Below, piece after piece: positions 57,150 to 64,000 of a DNA stretch of 64,000 nt. How positions within the stretch are numbered: the first letter of the stretch is position 1; each line of letters opens with the position of its first letter. The position numbers were made by a program, and so were the translations under genes. Where the stretch lies: the NCBI GenBank assembly GCA_964016885.1, contig OZ024743.1, forward strand, positions 325,128,001-325,192,000, given 5' to 3'. Under the pieces are notes generated by a model. That model did not search any database. It was not told where the DNA came from and saw only the letters and a program-made list of their open reading frames with translations. This DNA comes from Eledone cirrhosa. Taxonomy: Eukaryota.

Positions 57150-60100
57150 AGACAATAATATACAGTGTGTTGTAGCTACAGACCACTGTAGGGAGACAAC
57201 AACAATATACAGTGTGTTGTAGCTACAGACCTCTGTAGAGAGACAACAACAATATACAGTGTGTTGTAGCTACAGACCTCTGTAGAGAGACAACAACAAT
57301 ATACAGTGTGTTGTAGCTACAGACCTCTGTAGAGAGACAACAACAATATACAGTGTGTTGTAGCTACAGATCTCTGTAGAGAGACAACAACAATATACAG
57401 TGGGTTGTAGCTACAGACTTCTGTAGAGACAACAACAATATACAGTGTGTTGTAGCTACAGACCTCTTTAGAGAGACAACAATATACAGTGTGTTGTAGC
57501 TACAGACCTCTGTAGAGAGACAATAATATACATTGTGTTGTAGCTACAGACCTCTGTAGAGAGACAACAACAATATACAGTGTGTTGTAGCTACAGACCT
57601 CTGTAGAGAGACAACAACAATATACAGTGTGTTGTAGCTACAGACATCTGTAGAGAGACAACAACAATATACAGTGTGTTGTAGCTACAGACCTCTGTAG
57701 AGAGACAACAACAATATACAGTGTGTTGTAGCTACAGACCTCTGTAGAGAGACAACAACAATATACAGTGTGTTGTAGCTACAGACCTCTGTAGAGAGAC
57801 AACAACAATATACAGTGTGTTGTAGCTACAGATCTCTGTAGAGAGACAATAATATACAGTGTGTTGTAGCTACAGACCTCTGTAGAGAGACAACAACAAT
57901 ACACAGTGTGTTGTAGCTACAGACCTCTGTAGAGAGACAACAACAATATACAGTGTGTTGTAGCTACAGACGTCTGTAGAGAGACAACAATATACAGTGT
58001 GTTGTAGCTACAGACCTGTGTAGAGAGACAACAACAATATACAGTGTGTTGTAGCTACAGACCTCTGTAGAGAGACAACAACAATATACAGTGAGTTTTA
58101 GCTACAGACCTCTGTAGAGAGACAACAACAATATACAGTGTGTTGTAGCTACAGACCGCTGTAGAGAGACAACAACAATATACAGTGTGTTGTAGCTACA
58201 GACCTCTGCATTGAGACAACAATATACAGTGTGTTGTAGCTACAGACCTCTGTAGAGAGACAACAACAATATACAGTGTGTTGTAGCTACAGACCTCTGT
58301 AGAGAGACAATAATATACAGTGTGTTGTAGCTACAGACCTCTGTAGAGAGACAACAACAATATACAGTGTGTTGTAGCTACAGACCTCTGTAGAGAGACA
58401 ACAACAATATACAGTGTGTTGTAGCTACAGACCTGTGTAGAGAGACAACAACAATATACAGTGTGTTGTAGCTACAGACTTCTGTAGAGAGACAACAACA
58501 ATATACAGTGTGTTGTAGCTACAGACATCTGTAGAGAGACAACAACAATATACAGTGTGTTGTAGCTACATACCTGTGTAGAGAGACAACAGCAATATAC
58601 AGTGTGTTGTAGCTACAGATCTCTGTAGAGAGACAACAACAATATACAGTGGGTTGTAGCTACAGACCTCTGTAGAGACAACAACAATATACAGTGTGTT
58701 GTAGCTACAGACCTCTGTAGAGAGACAACAATACACAGTGTGTTGTAGCTACAGACCTCTGTAGAGAGACAACAACAATATACAGTGTGTTGTAGCTACA
58801 GACCTCTGTAGAGAGACAACAACAATATACAGTGTGTTGTAGCTACAGACCTCTGTAGAGAGACAACAACAATATACAGTGTGTTGTAGCTACAGACCTG
58901 TGTAGAGAGACAACAACAATATACAGTGTGTTGTAGCTACAGACATCTGTAGAGAGACAACAACAATATACAGTGTGTTGTAGCTACAGACCTGTGTAGA
59001 GAGACAACAACAATATACAGTGTGTTGTAGCTACAGATCTCTGTAGAGAGACAACAACAATATACAGTGGGTTGTAGCTACAGACCTCTGTAGAGACAAC
59101 AACAATATACAGTGTGTTGTAGCTACAGACCTCTGTAGAGAGACAACAATATACAGTGTGTTGTAGCTACAGACCTCTGTAGAGAGGCAATAATATACAG
59201 TGTGTTGTAGCTACAGACCTCTGTAGAGAGACAACAACAATATACAGTGTGTTGTAGCTACAGACCTCTGTAGAGAGACAATAATATACAGTGTGTTGTA
59301 GCTACAGACCTCTGTAGAGAGACAACAACGATATACAGTGTATTGTAGCTACAGACCTGTGTAGAGAGACAACAACAATATACAGTGTGTTGTAGCTACA
59401 GACCTGTGTAGAGAGACAACAACAATATACAGTGTGTTGTAGCTACAGACCTCTGTAGAGAGACAATAATATACAGTGTGTTGTAGCTACAGACCTCTGT
59501 AGGGAGACAACAACAATATACAGTGTGTTGTAGCTACAGACCTCTGTAGAGAGACAACAACAATATACAGTGTGTTGTAGCTACAGACCTCTGTAGAGAG
59601 ACAACAACAATATACAGTGTGTTGTAGCTACAGACCTCTGTAGAGAGACAACAACAATATACAGTGTGTTGTAGCTACAGATCTCTGTAGAGAGACAACA
59701 ACAATATACAGTGGGTTGTAGCTACAGACTTCTGTAGAGACAACAACAATATACAGTGTGTTGTAGCTACAGACCTCTTTAGAGAGACAACAATATACAG
59801 TGTGTTGTAGCTACAGACCTCTGTAGAGAGACAATAATATACATTGTGTTGTAGCTACAGACCTCTGTAGAGAGACAACAACAATATACAGTGTGTTGTA
59901 GCTACAGACCTCTGTAGAGAGACAACAACAATATACAGTGTGTTGTAGCTACAGACATCTGTAGAGAGACAACAACAATATACAGTGTGTTGTAGCTACA
60001 GACCTCTGTAGAGAGACAACAACAATATACAGTGTGTTGTAGCTACAGACCTCTGTAGAGAGACAACAACAATATACAGTGTGTTGTAGCTACAGACCTC

Positions 60101-63100
60101 TGTAGAGAGACAACAACAATATACAGTGTGTTGTAGCTACAGATCTCTGTAGAGAGACAATAATATACAGTGTGTTGTAGCTACAGACCTCTGTAGAGAG
60201 ACAACAACAATACACAGTGTGTTGTAGCTACAGACCTCTGTAGAGAGACAACAACAATATACAGTGTGTTGTAGCTACAGACCTCTGTAGAGAGACAACA
60301 ACAATATACAGTGTGTTGCAGCTACAGACCTCTGTAGAGAGACAACAACAATATACAGTGTGTTGTAGCTACAGACCTCTGTAGAGAGACAACAACAATA
60401 TACAGTGTGTTGTAGCTACAGACCTCTGTAGAGAGACAGCAATATACAGTGTGTTGTAGCTACAGACCTCTGTAGAGAGACAACAACATTATACAGTGAG
60501 TTTTAGCTACAGACCTCTGTAGAGAGACAACAACAATATACAGTGTGTTGTAGCTACAGACCTCTGTAGAGAGACAACAACAATATACAGTGTGTTGTAG
60601 CTACAGACCTCTGTAGAGAGACAACAACAATATACAGTGTGTTGTAGCTACACACCTCTGTAGAGAGACAACAACAATATACAGTGTGTTGTAGCTACAG
60701 ACCTCTGTAGAGAGACAACAACAATATACAGTGTGTTGTAGCTACAGACCTGTGTAGAGCGACAACAACAATACACAGTGTGTTGTAGCTATAGACCTCT
60801 GTAGAGAGACAACAACAATATACAGTGTGTTGTAGCTACAGACCTCTGTAGAGAGACAACAACAATATACAGTGTGTTGTAGCTACAGACCTCTGTAGAG
60901 AGACAACAACAATATACAGTGTGTTGTAGCTACAGACCTCTGTAGAGAGACAACAACAATATACAGTGTGTTGTAGCTACAGACTTCTGTAGAGAGACAA
61001 CAACAATATACAGTGTGTTGTAGCTACAGACCTGTGTAGAGAGACAACAACAATATACAGTGTGTTGTAGCTACAGACCTGTGTAGAGAGACAACAACAA
61101 TATACAGTGTGTTGTAGCTACAGACCTCTGTAGAGAGACAATAATATACAGTGTGTTGTAGCTACAGACCTCTGTAGGGAGACAACAACAATATACAGTG
61201 TGTTGTAGCTACAGACCTCTGTAGAGAGACAACAACAATATACAGTGTGTTGTAGCTACAGACCTCTGTAGAGAGACAACAACAATATACAGTGTGTTGT
61301 AGCTACAGACCTCTGTAGAGAGACAACAACAATATACAGTGTGTTGTAGCTACAGATCTCTGTAGAGAGACAACAACAATATACAGTGGGTTGTAGCTAC
61401 AGACCTCTGTAGAGACAACAACAATATACAGTGTGTTGTAGCTACAGACCTCTTTAGAGAGACAACAATATACAGTGTGTTGTAGCTACAGACCTCTGTA
61501 GAGAGACAATAATATACAGTGTGTTGTAGCTACAGACCTCTGTAGAGAGACAACAACAATATACAGTGTGTTGTAGCTACAGACCTCTGTAGAGAGACAA
61601 CAACAATATACAGTGTGTTGTAGCTACAGACATCTGTAGAGAGACAACAACAATATACAGTGTGTTGTAGCTACAGACCTCTGTAGAGAGACAACAACAA
61701 TATACAGTGTGTTGTAGCTACAGACCTCTGTAGAGAGACAACAACAATATACAGTGTGTTGTAGCTACAGACCTCTGTAGAGAGACAACAACAATATACA
61801 GTGTGTTGTAGCTACAGACCTCTGTAGAGAGACAACAACAATATACAGTGTGTTGTAGCTACAGACCTGTGTAGAGCGACAACAACAATACACAGTGTGT
61901 TGTAGCTATAGACCTCTGTAGAGAGACAACAACCATATACAGTGTGTTGTAGCTACAGACCTCTGTAGAGAGACAACAACAATATACAGTGTGTTGTAGC
62001 TACAGACCTCTGTAGAGAGACAACAACAATATACAGTGTGTTGTAGCTACAGACCTCTGTAGAGAGACAACAACAATATACAGTGTGTTGTAGCTACAGA
62101 CTTCTGTAGAGAGACAACAACAATATACAGTGTGTTGTAGCTACAGACCTGTGTAGAGAGACAACAACAATATACAGTGTGTTGTAGCTACAGACCTCTG
62201 TAGGGAGACAACAACAATATACAGTGTGTTGTAGCTACAGACCTCTGTAGAGAGACAACAACAATATACAGTGTGTTGTAGCTACAGACCTCTGTAGAGA
62301 GACAACAACAATATACAGTGTGTTGTAGCTACAGACCTCTGTAGAGAGACAACAACAATATACAGTGTGTTGTAGCTACAGATCTCTGTAGAGAGACAAC
62401 AACAATATACAGTGGGTTGTAGCTACAGACTTCTGTAGAGACAACAACAATATACAGTGTGTTGTAGCTACAGACCTCTTTAGAGAGACAACAATATACA
62501 GTGTGTTGTAGCTACAGACCTCTGTAGAGAGACAATAATATACAGTGTGTTGTAGCTACAGACCTCTGTAGAGAGACAACAACAATATACAGTGTGTTGT
62601 AGCTACAGACCTCTGTAGAGAGACAACAACAATATACAGTGTGTTGTAGCTACAGACATCTGTAGAGAGACAACAACAATATACAGTGTGTTGTAGCTAC
62701 AGACCTCTGTAGAGAGACAACAACAATATACAGTGTGTTGTAGCTACAGACCTCTGTAGAGAGACAACAACAATATACTGTGTGTTGTAGCTACAGACCT
62801 CTGTAGAGAGACAACAACAATATACAGTGTGTTGTAGCTACAGATCTCTGTAGAGAGACAATAATATACAGTGTGTTGTAGCTACAGACCTCTGTAGAGA
62901 GACAACAACAATACACAGTGTGTTGTAGCTACAGACCTCTGTAGAGAGACAACAACAATATACAGTGTGTTGTAGCTACAGACCTCTGTAGAGAGACAAC
63001 AACAATATACAGTGTGTTGTAGCTACAGACCTCTGTAGAGAGACAACAACAATATACAGTGTGTTGTAGCTACAGACCTCTGTAGAGAGACAACAACAAT

Positions 63101-64000
63101 ATACAGTGTGTTGTAGCTACAGACCTCTGTAGAGAGACAGCAATATACAGTGTGTTGTAGCTACAGACCTCTGTAGAGAGACAACAACATTATACAGTGA
63201 GTTTTAGCTACAGACCTCTGTAGAGAGACAACAACAATATACAGTGTGTTGTAGCTACAGACCTCTGTAGAGAGACAACAACAATATACAGTGTGTTGTA
63301 GCTACAGACCTCTGTAGAGAGACAACAACAATATACAGTGTGTTGTAGCTACAGACCTCTGTAGAGAGACAACAACAATATACAGTGTGTTGTAGCTACA
63401 GACCTCTGTAGAGAGACAACAACAATATACAGTGTGTTGTAGCTACAGACCTGTGTAGAGCGACGACAACAATACACAGTGTGTTGTAGCTACAGACCTC
63501 TGTAGAGAGACAACAACAATATACAGTGTGTTGTAGCTACAGACCTCTGTAGAGAGACAACAACAATATACAGTGTGTTGTAGCTACAGACCTCTGTAGA
63601 GAGACAACAACAATATACAGTGTGTTGTAGCTACAGACCTCTGTAGAGAGACAACAACAATATACAGTGTGTTGTAGCTACAGACCTCTGTAGAGAGACA
63701 ACAACAATATACAGTGTGTTGTAGCTACAGACCTGTGTAGAGCGACAACAACAATACACAGTGTGTTGTAGCTACAGACCTCTGTAGAGAGACAACAACA
63801 ATATACAGTGTGTTGTAGCTACAGACCTCTGTAGAGAGACAACAACAATATACAGTGTGTTGTAGCTACAGACCTCTGTAGAGAGACAACAACAATATAC
63901 AGTGTGTTGTAGCTACAGACCTCTGTAGAGAGACAACAACAATATACAGTGTGTTGTAGCTACAGACTTCTGTAGAGAGACAACAACAATATACAGTGTG
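57150..64000 (+). repeat. 3' domain with its own higher-order units (offsets 2,311 and 2,701 bp)
   Basis: The 45-bp GACTTCTGTAGAGAC monomer followed by TCTTTAG occurs at 57411/59722/62423. CATTGTG is at 57531/59842 and AACATTATACAGTGAG at 60487/63188. The GAGCGAC allele occurs only at ~60760, 61877, 63461 and 63743. Confidence 0.75.

Larger units (their letters stand above)
1..64000. repeat. Tandem satellite array, 47-bp consensus monomer, ~1,380 head-to-tail copies, truncated by both window edges
   Basis: Every line consists of the unit ATACAGTGTGTTGTAGCTACAGACCTCTGTAGAGAGACAACAACAAT or a variant with about 1-4 changes. No unique sequence or strand switch was seen. Copy number is estimated as 64,000/~46.4. 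Confidence 0.99.

Noticed and set aside
1-64000. CRISPR array (palindromic repeat of CRISPR-like length)
   Set aside because: There are no unique spacers, units abut directly, and no leader or cas genes are present.
1-64000. Coding tandem repeat (giant repetitive protein)
   Set aside because: 47 is not a multiple of 3, TAG stops occur in each monomer on both strands, and frame-shifting length variants are common.
1-64000. Satellite-encoded hammerhead ribozyme, as in newt, cricket or schistosome satellites
   Set aside because: The conserved CTGANGA and GAAA core motifs are absent from the consensus on both strands.
1-64000. Telomeric repeat, alpha-satellite or CENP-B box
   Set aside because: There are no TTAGGG-type G-runs, no 171-bp period and no TTCG....A..CGGG motif. 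Centromeric function is neither shown nor excluded.
1-64000. Variant order as an information-bearing code or synthetic/concatemer artefact
   Set aside because: The ordered variants are adequately explained by nested duplications with accumulated mutations. The heritable, domain-specific variants argue against a rolling-circle or sequencing concatemer.
1-64000. Assignment to a named satellite family or taxon
   Set aside because: I do not reliably recognise the monomer. A BLASTn/Dfam/Repbase search of the 47-mer dimer is needed.

Overview
All 64,000 bp are one uninterrupted head-to-tail satellite array in a single orientation. The consensus monomer is 47 bp (ATACAGTGTGTTGTAGCTACAGACCTCTGTAGAGAGACAACAACAAT, ~40% GC, no CpG), present in roughly 1,380 copies. 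Common length variants are 44 bp (loss of one CAA) and 45 bp (loss of one AG). I found no genes, RNA genes, transposon insertions, inversions or CRISPR spacers, and the single ORF-track call is a by-product of the repeat. The array runs off both window ends and most resembles eukaryotic satellite DNA; the organism and chromosomal role cannot be determined from the sequence. The interesting structure is internal. (1) The monomer contains two 16-bp xTACAG-N5-TGTAG subunits with overlapping palindromes and can fold back on itself; variant alleles cluster in the spacers/loop. (2) Variant monomers are ordered into nested higher-order repeats (418 bp, 1,249 bp, ~3,145 bp) and near-identical block duplications (offsets 6,768/6,444, 5,166, 1,108, 2,311 and 2,701 bp). 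(3) The array is layered into domains with private markers, including a divergent segment at ~33.5-36.9 kb. (4) The minus strand reads like a polypyrimidine-YAG|GT splice junction, strongest in a recurrent variant (CAG|GTATGT). Functional readings are hypotheses only. Offsets were counted by eye from marker variants, and block boundaries are approximate to about one monomer.
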